Below are positions 12,246-25,425 of a stretch of DNA of 64,000 nucleotides, piece after piece (the stretch's first letter is position 1; each line of letters begins with the position of its first letter). The stretch lies in the NCBI RefSeq assembly GCF_009914755.1, contig NC_060933.1. One strand, given 5' to 3'. The notes under the pieces are model-generated. The model was not told where the DNA came from, searched no databases, and was given only the letters and a program-made list of their open reading frames with translations. The position numbers and the translations under genes were made by a program. Source of the stretch: the human T2T-CHM13v2.0 reference genome, Homo sapiens.

Positions 12246-15200
12246 ATGGAATGGAATGGAATGGAATGGAATCAACCCGACTGCAGGGGAATGGAATGGA
12301 ATGGAATGCAATGGAATCAACCCGAGTACAGGGGAATGGAATGGAATGGAATGCAATGGAATAGAATCATCCCTAATGGAATGCAAAGGAATGGAATGGA
12401 ACGGAATGGAATGGAATGGAATGGAATGGAATGGAATCAACTCGATTGCAATCGAATGGAATGGAATGGAATTAACGCGAATAGAATGGAATGGAATGGA
12501 ATGGAAAGGAATGGAACGGAACGGAATGGAATGGAATGGAATGGAATAGAATGGAATGGAATGCAATGGATTCAACTCGATTGCAATGGAATGGAATAGA
12601 ATGGAATAGAATGGAATGGAAAGGAATGGAACGGAACGGAATGGAATGGAATGGAATGGAATAGAATGGAATGGAATGGAATGGAACGGAACGGAACGGA
12701 ACGCAATGGAATGGAATGGAATGGAATTGTATGGAATGGAATGGAATGGTACGGAATTGAATGGAATGGAAAGAATTGGAATTGAATGGAATCGAATGGA
12801 ATGGTATGGAATGGAATGGAATGGAATGGAATCAACCCGAGTGCAGGGGAATGTAATGGATCGGAATGCAATGGAATGGAATCATCCGGAATTGAATGGA
12901 ATGGAATGGAATGGAATGGAATCAATCCCAGTGCAACGGAATGGAGTGGAATGGAATGGAATGGAATGGAACAACAGGAATGCAATGGAATGTAATGGAG
13001 AGTAAGGGAGTTGAATAGAATCAACCCGAAAGTAATGGAATGGAATGGAACGGAATGGAATGGAATGGAATGCAATGGAATGGAATCAACCCGAGTACAA
13101 TGGAATGGAATGGAATGGAATGGAATGGAATGGAATGGAATGGAATGGAATGGAATCAACCCGAGTGCAATGGAATAGAGAGGAATGGAATGGAAAGGAA
13201 TGGAAACTACCCGAATGGAATGGAATGTAATGGAGTGTAAGGGAATTGAATAGAATCAATCCGAATGGAATGGAATGGTATGGAACGGAATGTAATGGAA
13301 TGGAATGGAATGGAATCAACCCGAGTGCAGGGGAAAGGAATTGAATGGAATGCAATGGAATGGAATGGAATGGAATGGAATGGAATGGAATCAACTCGAT
13401 TGCAATCGAATGGAATAGAATGGAATTAACCCGAATAGAATGGAATGGAATGGAATGGAACGGAACGGATTGGAATGGAATGGAATGGAATGGAATGGAA
13501 AGGAATGGAATGGAATGGAATGGAATGGAATGGTATGGAATGGAATGGAATCAACGCGAGTGCAGGGGAATGGAATGGAATCGAATTTAATGGAATGGAA
13601 TGGAATGGAATCAACCCGAGAGCAGGGGAATGTAATGGAACTGAATGCAATGGAATGGAATCATCCGGAATGGAATGGAATGGAATGGAATGGAATCAAC
13701 CCGAGTGCAATGGAATGGAGTGGAATGGAATGGAATGGAATGGAACAACCCGAATGGAATGGAATGTAATGGAGAGTAAGGGAGTTGAAAAGAATCAATC
13801 CGAATGTAATGGAATGGAATGGAACGGAATGGAATGGAATGGAATGGAATGCAATGGAATGGAATCATGCCGAGTGCATTCGAATGGAATCGAATGGAAT
13901 GCAATGCAATGGAATGGATTCAACTTGAATGGAATGGAAAGAATGGAATCAACACGAGAGAAATGGCATGGATTGGAATGGAATGGAATGGAATCAACCC
14001 GAGTACAGGGGAATGTAATGGAATGCAATGCAATGGAATGGAAGCATCCGTAATGGAATGGAAATGAATGGAATGGAAAGGAATGGAATGGAATGGAATG
14101 GAATGGAATGGAACGGAATCAACTCGATTGCAATCGAATGGAATGGAATGGAATTAACCCGAATAGAATGGAATGGAATGGAATGGAACGGAACGGAATG
14201 GAATGGAATGGAATGGAATGGAATGGAATGGAATGGAACCGAACGGAACGGAATGGAATGGAATGGAATGGAATGGAATGGAATGGAATCAACACGAGTG
14301 CAGGGGAATGGAATGGAATGGAATGCAACGGAATGGAATCTTCTGGAATGGAATGGAATGGAATGGAATGCAATGGATTCAACTCGATTGCAATGGAATG
14401 GAATAGAATGGAATGGAATGGAATGGAATGGAATGGAATGGAATGGAATTAACCCGAATAGAATGGAATGGAATGGAACGGAATGGAACGGAACGGAATG
14501 GAATGGAATGGAATGGAATGGAATGGAATGCAATGGAATGGTATGGAATGGAATGGAATGGAATGGAATCAACGCGAGTGCAGGGGAATGTAATGGAACG
14601 GAATGCAATGGAATGGAATCATCCGGAATGAAATGGAATTGAATGGAAACAACCCGAGTGCAATGGAATGGAGTGGAATGGAATGGAATGGAATGGCTTC
14701 AAACCGAATGGAAGGGAAAGAAATGAAATCAACACGATTGGAATGGAATGGAATGGAATGGAATGGAATGGAATGGAAGGGTACGGAATAGAATGGAATT
14801 GAACGAAATGGAATGGAATGGAATGGAATGGAATGGAATGGAATGGATTCAACTCGAAAGGAATCAACTCGATTTCAAAGGAATGGAATGGAATGGAAAG
14901 GAATAGAATGGAATCAACCCGAGTGGCATGGAATGGAAAGGACTGGAATGGAGTGGAATGGAATGGAATGGAATGGAATCAAATCGATTGGAATGGAATG
15001 GAATGGAATGGAATGGAATCAACTCGATTGCAATGGAATGGAATGGAATGGAATTTTAATGGAATGGAATGGAATGGATTCAACCCGAGTGCAGGGGAAT
15101 GGAATGGAATGGAATGCAATGGAATGGAATCATCCGGAATGGAATGGAATTGAATGGAATGCAATGGAATCAACTCGATTTCAATGGAATGGAATGGAAT

Positions 15201-18200
15201 AGAATGGAATAGAATTAACACGAATAGAATGGAATGGAATTGAATGGAATGGAATGGAACGGAAAGGAATGGAATGGAATGGAATGGAATCAACGCAAGT
15301 GCAGGGGAATGGAATGGAATGGAATTCAATGGAATGGAATCATCCGGAATGGAATGGAATGGAATGGAATGGAATGGAATGGAATCAACCCGAGTGCAAT
15401 GGAATGGAGAGGAATGGAATGGAATGGAATGGAAACTACCCGAATGGAAGGGAATGTAATGGAGTGTAAGGGAATTGAATAGAATCAATCCGAAAGTAAT
15501 GGAATGGAACGGAACGGAATGGAATGCAATGGAATGGAATCAACCCGAGTGCAATCGAATGGAATCGAATGGAATGGAATGCCATGGAATGGATTCAACT
15601 TCAATGGAATGGAAAGAATGGAATCAACACGAGTGGAATGGCATGGAATGGAATGGAATGGATTGAAATCAACCCGAGTACAGGGGAATGGAATGGAATG
15701 GAATGCAATGGAATGGAATAATCCGTAATGTAATGGAAAGGAATGGAATGGAATGGAATGGAATGGAATGGAATGGAATGGAATGGAATCAACTCGATTG
15801 TAATGGATTGGAATGGAATGGAATGGAATGGATTGGAATGGAATGGAATTAACCCGAATACAATGGAATGGAATGGAATGGAACGGAATGGAGTGGAATG
15901 GAATGGAATCAACCCGAGTGCAGGGGAATGGAATGGAATGGAATGCAATGGAATGGAATCATCCGGAATGGAATGGAATGGAATGGAATGCAATGGAATG
16001 GAATCATCCGGAATGGAATGGAATGGAATGGAATGCAAAGCAATGGAATCAACTCGATTGCAATGGAATGTAATGGAATGGAAAGGAATACAATGGAATC
16101 AACCCGAGTGGAATGGAATGGAAAGGACTGGAATGGAGTGGAATGGAATGGAATGGAATGGAAGGGAATCAACTCGATTGGAATGGAATGGAATGGAATG
16201 GAATGGAATGGAATGGAATTAACCCGAATAGAATGGAATGGAATGGAACGGAACGGTACGGAACGGAATGGAATGGAATAGAATGGAATGGAATAGAATG
16301 GAATCAACCCGACTGCAGGGGAATGGAATGGAATGGAATGCAATGTAATGGATTCAACTTGAATGGAATGGAAAGAATGGAATCAACACGATTGGAATGG
16401 CATGGATTGCAATGGAATGGAATGGAATCAACCCGAGTACAGGGGAATGGAATGGAATGGAATGCAATGGAATGGAACCATCCGTAATGGAATGGAAACG
16501 AATGGAATGGAATGGAATGGAACGGAATGGAATGGAATGGAATGGAATCAACCCGATTGCAATCGAATGGAATGGAATGGAAATAACCCGAATAGAATGG
16601 AATGGAATGGAATGGAACGGAGCGGAACGGAACGGAATGGAATGGAATGGAATGGAATGGAACGGAATTGAACGGAAAGGAATGGAATGGAATGGAATGG
16701 AATGGAATGGAATGCAATGGAATGGTATGGAATGGAATGGAATGGAATGGAATCAACGCGAGTGCAGGGGAATGTAATGGAACGGAATGCAATGGAATGG
16801 AATCATCCGGAATGAAATGGAATTGAATGGAAAGAACCCGAGTGCAATGGAATGGAGTGGAATGGAATGGAATGGAATGGAACAACCCGAATGGAATGGA
16901 ATGTAATGGAGAGTAAGGGAGTTGAATAGAATCAATCCGAATGTAATGGAATGGAATGGAACGGAATGGAATGCGATGGAATGGTATCAACCCGAATACA
17001 ATGGAATGGAATGGAATGGAATGGAATGGAATGGAATGGAGTGGAATTGAATGGAATGGAATGGCTTCAAACCGAATGGAAGGGAAAGAAATGAAATCAA
17101 CACGATTGGAATGGAATGGAATGGAATGGAATGGAATGGAATGGAATGGTACGGAATAGAATGGAATTGAACGAAATGGAATGCAATGGAATGGAATGGA
17201 ATGGAATGGAATGGATTCAACTCGAAAGGAATCAACTCGATTTCAAAGGAATGGAATGGAATGGAAAGGAATAGAATGGAATCAACCCGAGTGGCATGGA
17301 ATGGAAAGGACTGGAATGGAGTGGAATGGAATGGAATGGAATGGAATCAAATCGATTGGAATGGAATGGAATGGAATGGAATGGAATCAACTCGATTGCA
17401 ATGGAATGGAATGGAATGGAATTTTAATGGAATGGAATGGAATGGATTCAACCCGAGTCCAGGGGAATGGAATGGAATGGAATGCAATGGAATGGAATCA
17501 TCCGGAATGGAATGGAATTGAATGGAATGGAATGGAATCAACTCGATTTCAATGGAATGGAATGGAATAGAATGGAATGGAATTAACACGAATAGAATGG
17601 AATGGAATTGAATGGAATGGAATGGAACGGAAAGGAATGGAATGGAATGGAATGGAATCAACCCAAGTGCAGGGGAATGGAATGGAATGGAATTCAATGG
17701 AATGGAATCATCCGGAATGGAATGGAATGGAATGGAATGGAATGGAATGGAATCAACCCGAGTGCAATGGAATGGAGAGGAATGGAATGGAATGGAATGG
17801 AAACTACCCGAATGGAAGGGAATGTAATGGAGTGTAAGGGAATTGAATAGAATCAATCCGAAAGTAATGGAATGGAACGGAACGGAATGGAATGCAATGG
17901 AATGGAATCAACCCGAGTGCAATCGAATGGAATCGAATGGAATGGAATGCAATGGAATGGATTAAACTTCAATGGAATGGAAAGAATGGAATCAACACGA
18001 GTGGAATGGCATGGAATGGAATGGAATGGATTGAAATCAACCCGAGTACAGGGGAATGGAATGGAATGGAATGCAATGGAATGGAATAATCCGTAATGTA
18101 ATGGAAAGGAATGGAATGGAATGGAATGGAATGGAATGGAATGGAATGGAATCAACTCGATTGTAATGGATTGGAATGGAATGGAATGGAATGGAATGGA

Positions 18201-21200
18201 ATGGAATGGAATGGAATTAACCCGAATACAATGGAATGGAATGGAATGGAACGGAATGGAGTGGAATGGAATGGAATCAACCCGAGTGCAGGGGAATGGA
18301 ATGGAATGGAATGCAATGGAATGGAATCATCCGGAATGGAATGGAATGGAATGGAATGCAAAGCAATGGAATCAACTCGATTGCAATGGAATGTAATGGA
18401 ATGGAAAGGAATACAATGGAATCAACCCGAGTGGAATGGAATGGAAAGGACTGGAATGGAGTGGAATGGAATGGAATGGAATGGAAGGGAATCAACTCGA
18501 TTGGAATGGAATGGAATGGAATGGAATGGAATGGAATTAACCCGAATAGAATGGAATGGAATGGAACGGAACGGAACGGAACGGAATGGAATGGAATAGA
18601 ATGGAATGGAATAGAATGGAATCAACCCGACTGCAGGGGAATGGAATGGAATGGAATGCAATGTAATGGATTCAACTTGAATGGAATGGAAAGAATGGAA
18701 TCAACACGATTGGAATGGCATGGATTGGAATGGAATGGAATGGAATCAACCCGAGTACAGGGGAATGGAATGGAATGGAATGCAATGGAATGGAACCATC
18801 CGTAATGGAATGGAAACGAATGGAATGGAATGGAATGGAACGGAATGGAATGGAATGGAATGGAATCAACTCGATTTCAATCGAATGGAATGGAATGGAA
18901 ATAACCCGAATAGAATGTAATGGAATGGAATGGAACGGAGCGGAACGGAACGGAATGGAATGGAATGGAATGGAATGGAATGGAATGGAATGGAATGGAA
19001 TGCAATGGAATGGAATGGAATGGAATGAAATGCAATGGATTCAACTCGATTGAAATGGAATGGAATAGAATGGAATGGAATGGAATGGAATGGAATTAAC
19101 CCGAATAGAATGGAATGGAATGGAATGGAATGGAACGGAATGGAACGGAATGGAATGGAATGGAATGGAATGGAATGGTATGGAATGGAATGGAATGGTA
19201 CGGAATAGAATGGAATGGAAGGAATTGTAATGGAATGGAATTGAATGGAATGGAATGGAATGGAATGGAAAGGAATCAACGCGAGTGCATGGCAATGTAA
19301 TGGAACGGAATGCAATGGAATGGAAACATCCGGAATGGAATGGAATGGAATGGAATGGAATGGAATCAACCCGAGTGCAATGGAATGGAGTGGAATGGAA
19401 TGGAATGCAATGGAACAACCCGAATGGAATGGAATGTAATGGAGAGTAAGGGAGTTGAATAGAAACAATCCGAATGTAATGGAATGGAACGGAATGGAAT
19501 GGAATGGAATGGAATGGAATGCAATGGAATGGAATGCAATGGAATGGAATCAACCCGAGTTCAATCGAATGGAATCGAATGGAATGGAATGCAATAGAAT
19601 GGATTCAACTTGAATGGAATGGAAAGAATGGAATCAACACGAGTGGAATGGCATCGATTGGAATGGAATGGAATGGAATCAACCCGAGTACAGGGGAATG
19701 GAATGGAATGGAATGCAATGGAATGGAATAATCCGTAATGGAATGGAAAGGAATGGAATGGAATGGAATGGAATGGAATGGAATGGAATGGAATCAACTC
19801 GATTGCAATCGAATGGAATGGAATGGAATTAACCCGAATAGAATGGAATGGAATGGAATGGAACGGAACGGAACGGAATGGAATGGAATGGAATGGAACG
19901 GAACGGAAAGTAATGGAATGGAATGGAATGGAATGGCATGGAATCAACGCGAGTGCAGGGGAATGGAATGGAGTGGAATGGAATGGAATGGAATGGAATG
20001 GAATGGAATGGAATCAACCCGTGTCCAGGGGAATGTAATGGAACGGAATGCAAGGGAATGGAATCATCCGGAATGGAATGGAATGGAATGGAATGGAATC
20101 AACCCGAGTGCAATGGAATGGAGTGGAATGCAATGGAATGGAATGGAACAACCCACATGGAATGGAAAGTAATGGAGAGTAAGGGAGTTGAAAAGAATCA
20201 ATCCGAAGGGAATGGAATGGAATGGAACGGAATGGAAGGGAATGGAATGGAATGGAATGGAATGGAATGGAATGGAATCAACCCGAGTACAATGGAATGG
20301 AATGGAATGGAATGGAATGGAATGGAATGGAATGGAATGGAATCAACCCGAGTGTAATGGAATGGAGAGGAATGGAATGGAATGGAATGGAAACTACCCG
20401 AATGGAATGGAATGGAATGGAGTGTAAGGGAATTGAATAAAATCAATCCGAATGTAATGGAATGCAATGGAACGGAGTGGAAAGGAATGGAATGGAATGG
20501 AATGGAATGCAATGGAATGGAATCAACCCGAGTGCAATGGAATGGAATCGAATGGAATGGAATGCAATGGAATGGATTCAATTTGAATGGAATGGAAAGA
20601 ATGGAATCAACACGAGTGGAATGGAATGGATTGGAATGGAATGGAATGGAATCAACCCGAGTACAGGGGAATGGAATGGAATGGAATGCAATGGAATGGA
20701 AACATCCGTAATGGAATGGAAAGGAATGGAATGGAATGGAATGGAATGGAATGGAATCAACTCGATTGCAATCGAATGAAATGGAATGGAATTAACCCAA
20801 ATAGAATGGAATGGAATGGAATGGAACGGAACGGAACGGAATGGAATGGAATGGAATGGAATGGAATGGAACGGAAAGGAATGGAATGGAAAGGAATGGA
20901 ATGGAATGGAATGGAATGGAATCAACGCGAGTGCAGGGGAATGGAATGGAATGGAATGGAATGGAATGGAATGGAATGGAATGGAATCAACCCGAGTGCA
21001 GGGGAATGTAATGGAACGGAATGCAATGGAATGGAATCATCCGGAATGGTATGGAATGGAATGGAATGGAATCAACCCCAGTGCAATCGAATGGAGTGGA
21101 ATGAAATGGAATGGAACGGAACAACCCGAATGGACTGGAATGTAATGGAGTGTAAGGGAGTTGAAAAGAATCAATCCGAAAGTTATGGAATGCAATGGAA

Positions 21201-23170
21201 CGGAATGGAATGGAATGGAATGGAATGGAATGGAATGGAATGGAATCAACCCGAGTGCAATGGAATGGAGAGGAATGGAATGGAATGGAATGGAAACTAC
21301 CCGAATGGAATGGAATGTGATGGAGTGTCAGGGAATTGAATAGAATAAATCCGAATGTAATGGAATGGAATGGAACGGAATGGAATGGAATGGAATGGAA
21401 TGGAATGGAATGGAATGGAATGCAATGGAATGGAATAAACCCGAGTGCAATGGAATGGAATGGAATGGAATGGAATGCAATGCAATGAATTCAACTTGAA
21501 TGGAATGGAAAGAATGGAATCAACACGAGTGGAATGGCATGGAATGGAATGGAATGGAATGGAATCAACCCGAGTACAGGGGAATGGAATGGAATGGAAT
21601 GCAATGGAAAGGAATCATTCGTAATGTAATGGAACGGAATGGAATGGAATGGAATGGAATGGAATGGAATGGAATGGAATGGAATCAACTCGATTGCATT
21701 CGAATGGAATGGAATGGAATTAACCCGAATAGAATGGAATGGAATGGAATGGAACGGAATGGAACGGAACGGAATGGAATGGAATGGAATGGAACGGAAC
21801 GGAATGGAATGGAATGGAATGGAATGGAACTGAAAAGAATAAACGCGAGTGCAGGGGAATGGAATGGAATGGAATGGAATGGAATGGAATGGAATGCAAT
21901 GGATTCAACTCGATTGCAATGGAATGGAATAGAATGGAATGGAATGGAATGGAACGGAATTAACCAGAATAGAATGGAATGGAATGGAATGGAACGGAAC
22001 GGAATGGAACGGAACGGAATGGAATGGACTGGAATGGAATGGAATGGAATCAACTCGATTGCATTCTAATGGAATGGAATGGAATTAACCCGAATAGAAT
22101 GGAATGGAATGGAATGGAACGGAACGGAACGGAACGGAACGGAATGGAATGGAATGGAATGGAATGGAATGGAATGGAATTGTATGGAATGGAATGGAAT
22201 GGTACGGAATAGAATGGAATGGAAAGAATTGGAATGGAATGGAAACGAATGGAATGGATTGAAATGGAATGGAATGGAATCAACCCGAGTGTAGGGGAAT
22301 GTAATGGAACGGAATGCAATGGAATGGAATCATCCGGAATGGAATGGAATGGATTGGAATGGTTGGAATGGAATGGAAAGGAATGGAATCAACCCGAGTA
22401 CAGGGGAATGGATTGGAATGGAATGCAATGGAATGGAGTCATCCGTAATGGAATGGAAAGGAATGGAATGGAATGCAATGGAATGGAATGGAATGGAATG
22501 GAATGGAATCAACTCGATTGCAATCGAATGGAATGGAATGGAATTAACCCGAATAGAATGGAATGGAATGGAATGGAATGGAACGGAAAGGAACGGAACG
22601 GAATGGAATGGAATGGAATGGAATGGAACGGAAAGGAATGGAATGGAATGGAATGGAATGGAATGGAATGGAATGGAATGGAATGGAATCAACGCGAGTG
22701 CAGGGGAATGGAATGGAATGCAATGCAATGGAATGGAATCTTCCGGAATGGAATGGAATGGAATGGAATCAACCCGAGTGCAATGGAATGGAGTGGAATG
22801 GAATGGAATGGAATGGAACAACCCGAATGGAATGGAATGTAATGGAGAGTAAGGGAGTTGAATAGAAACAATCTGAATGTAATGGAATGGAACGGAATGG
22901 AATGGAATGGAATGGAATGGAATGGAATGGAATGCAATGCAATGGAATGGAATCAACCCGAGTGCAATCGAATGGAATCGAATGGAATGTAATGCAATGG
23001 AATGGATTCAACTTGAATGGAATGGAAAGAATGGAATCAACACGATTGGAATGGCATGGATTGGAATGGAATGGAATGGAATCAACCCGAGTACAGGGGA
23101 ATGGAATGGAATGGAATGCAATGGAATGGAATCATCCGTAATGGAATGGAAAGGAATGGAATGGAATGGA
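12246..23170 (+). repeat. ~10.9 kb tandem duplication, copy 2
   Basis: Collinear, near-identical to 1190-12245. It differs by a 204-bp deletion (~14680), a 45-bp duplication (~15960), pentamer copy-number changes and scattered SNPs. Confidence 0.93.
14480..18970 (+). repeat. Nested ~2.3 kb tandem duplication (units A' and B') inside copy 2
   Basis: GGCTTCAAACCG occurs at 14695 and 17063. ORF pairs 14813/17181 and 14979/17347 give an offset of 2368 (2323+45). Confidence 0.9.
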
Positions 23171-25270
23171 ATGGAATGGAATGGAATGGAATGGAATGGA
23201 ATCAACTCGATTGCAATCGAATGGAATGGAATGGAATTAACCCGAATAGAATGGAATGGAATGGAATGGAACGGAACGGAACGGAATGGAATGGAATGGA
23301 ATGGAATGGAACGGAAAGGATTGGAATGGAATGGAATGGAATGGAATGGAATGGAATGGAATGGAATCAACGCGAGGGCAGGGGAATGGAATGGAATCGA
23401 ATGGAATGGAATGGAATGGAATGGATTGGAATCAACCCGAGTGCAGGGGAATGTAATGGAACGGAATGCAAGGGAATGGAATCATCCGGAATGGAATGGA
23501 ATGGAATGGAATGGAATCAACCAGAGTGCAATGGAATGGAGTGGAATGGAATGGAATGGAATGGAACAACCCGCATGGAATGGAATGTAATGGAGAGTAA
23601 GGGAGTTGAAAAGAATCAATCCGAATGGAATGGAATGGAATGGAACGGAATGGAATGGAATGGAATGGAATGGAACGGAATGGAATCAACCCGAGTACAA
23701 TGGAATGGAATGGAATGGAATGGAATGGAATGGAATGGAATGGAATCAACCCGAGTGCAATGGAATGGAGTGGAATGGAATGGAATGGAATGGAAACTAC
23801 CCGAATGGAATGGAATGTAATGGAGTGTAAGGAAATTGAATAGAATCAATCCGAATGTAATGGAATGGAATGGAACGGAATGGAATTGAATGGAATGGAA
23901 TGGAATGCAATGGAATGCAATGGAACGGAATGGAATGGAATGGAATGGAATGGATTGGAATGGAATGGAATGCAATGGAATGGAATCAACGCGAGTGCAG
24001 GGGAATGGAATGGAATGGAATGCAATGGAATGGAATCTTCCGGAATGGAATGTAATGGAATGGAATGGAATGGAATGAAATCAACCCGAGTGCAATGGAA
24101 TGGAGTGGAATGGAATGGAATGGAATGGAACAACCCGAATGGAATGGAATATAATGGAGAGTAAGGGAGTTGAATAGAATCAATCCGAATGGAATGGAAT
24201 GGAATGGAACGGAATGGAATGGAATGGAATGGAATGGAATGCAATGGAATGGAATCAACCCGAGTGCAATGGAATGGAGAGGAATGGAATGGAATGGAAT
24301 GGAAACTACCCGAATGGAATGTAATGTAATGGAGTGTAAGGGAATTGAATGGAATCAATCCGAATGGAATGGAATGGAATGGAATGGAATGGAATGGAAT
24401 GGAATAGAATGGAATGGAATGCAATGGAATGGAATCAACCCGAGTGCAATCGAATGGAATCGAATGGAATGGAATGCAATGGAATGGATTCAACTTGAAT
24501 GAAATGGAAAGAATGGAATCAACACGAGTGGAATGGCATGGATTGGAATGGAATGGAATGGAATCAACCCGAGTACAGGGGAATGGAATAGAATGGAATG
24601 CAATGGAATGGAATCATCCGTAATGGAATGGAAAGGAATGGAGTGGAATGGAATGGAATGGAATGGAATCAACTCGATTGCAATCGAATGGAATGGAATG
24701 GAATTAACCCGAATAGAATGGAATGGAATGGAATGGAACGGAACGGAATGGAATGGAATGGAATGGAATGGAATGCAACGGAACGGAACGGAATGGAATG
24801 GAATAGAATGGAATGGAATGGAATGGAATCAACGCGAGTGCAGGGGAATGGAATGGAAAGGAATGCAATGGAATGGAATCTTCCGGAATGGAATGGAATG
24901 GAATGGAATGGAATGGAATCAACCCGAGTGCAATGGAATGGAGTGGAATGGAATGGAATGGAATGGAACAACCCGAATGGAATGGAATGTAATGGAGAGT
25001 AAGGGAGTTGAATAGAATCAATCCGAATGGAATGGAATGGAATGGAACGGAATGGAATTGAATGGAATGGAATGGAATGCAATGGAATGGAATCAACCCG
25101 AGTGCAATGGAATGGAGAGGAATGGAATGGAATGGAATGGAAACTACCCGAATGGAATGGAATGTAATCGAGTGTAAGGGAATTGAATAGAATCAATCCG
25201 AATGTAATGGAATCGAATGGAACGGAATGGAATGGAATGGAATGGAATGGAATGGAATGCAATGGAATGG

Positions 25271-25425
25271 AATCAACCCGAGTGCAATCGAATGGAATCG
25301 AATGGAATGGAATACAATGGAATGGATTCAACTTGAATGGAATGGAAAGAATGGAATCAACACGAGTGGAATGGCATGGATTGGAATGGAATGGAATGGA
25401 ATCAACCCGAGTACAGGGGAATGGA
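25271..25425 (+). repeat. Conserved ~155-bp SatIII module resembling the chr9-type pHuR98 segment (representative copy)
   Basis: The module reads AATCAACCCGAGTGCAATCGAATGGAATCG ... GGATTCAACTTGAAT GGAATGGAAAGAAT ... CAACACGAGT ... CAACCCGAGTACAGGGG with fixed spacing, and recurs dozens of times. The resemblance to pHuR98/SatIII primer sites is from memory and not verified by search. Confidence 0.55.
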
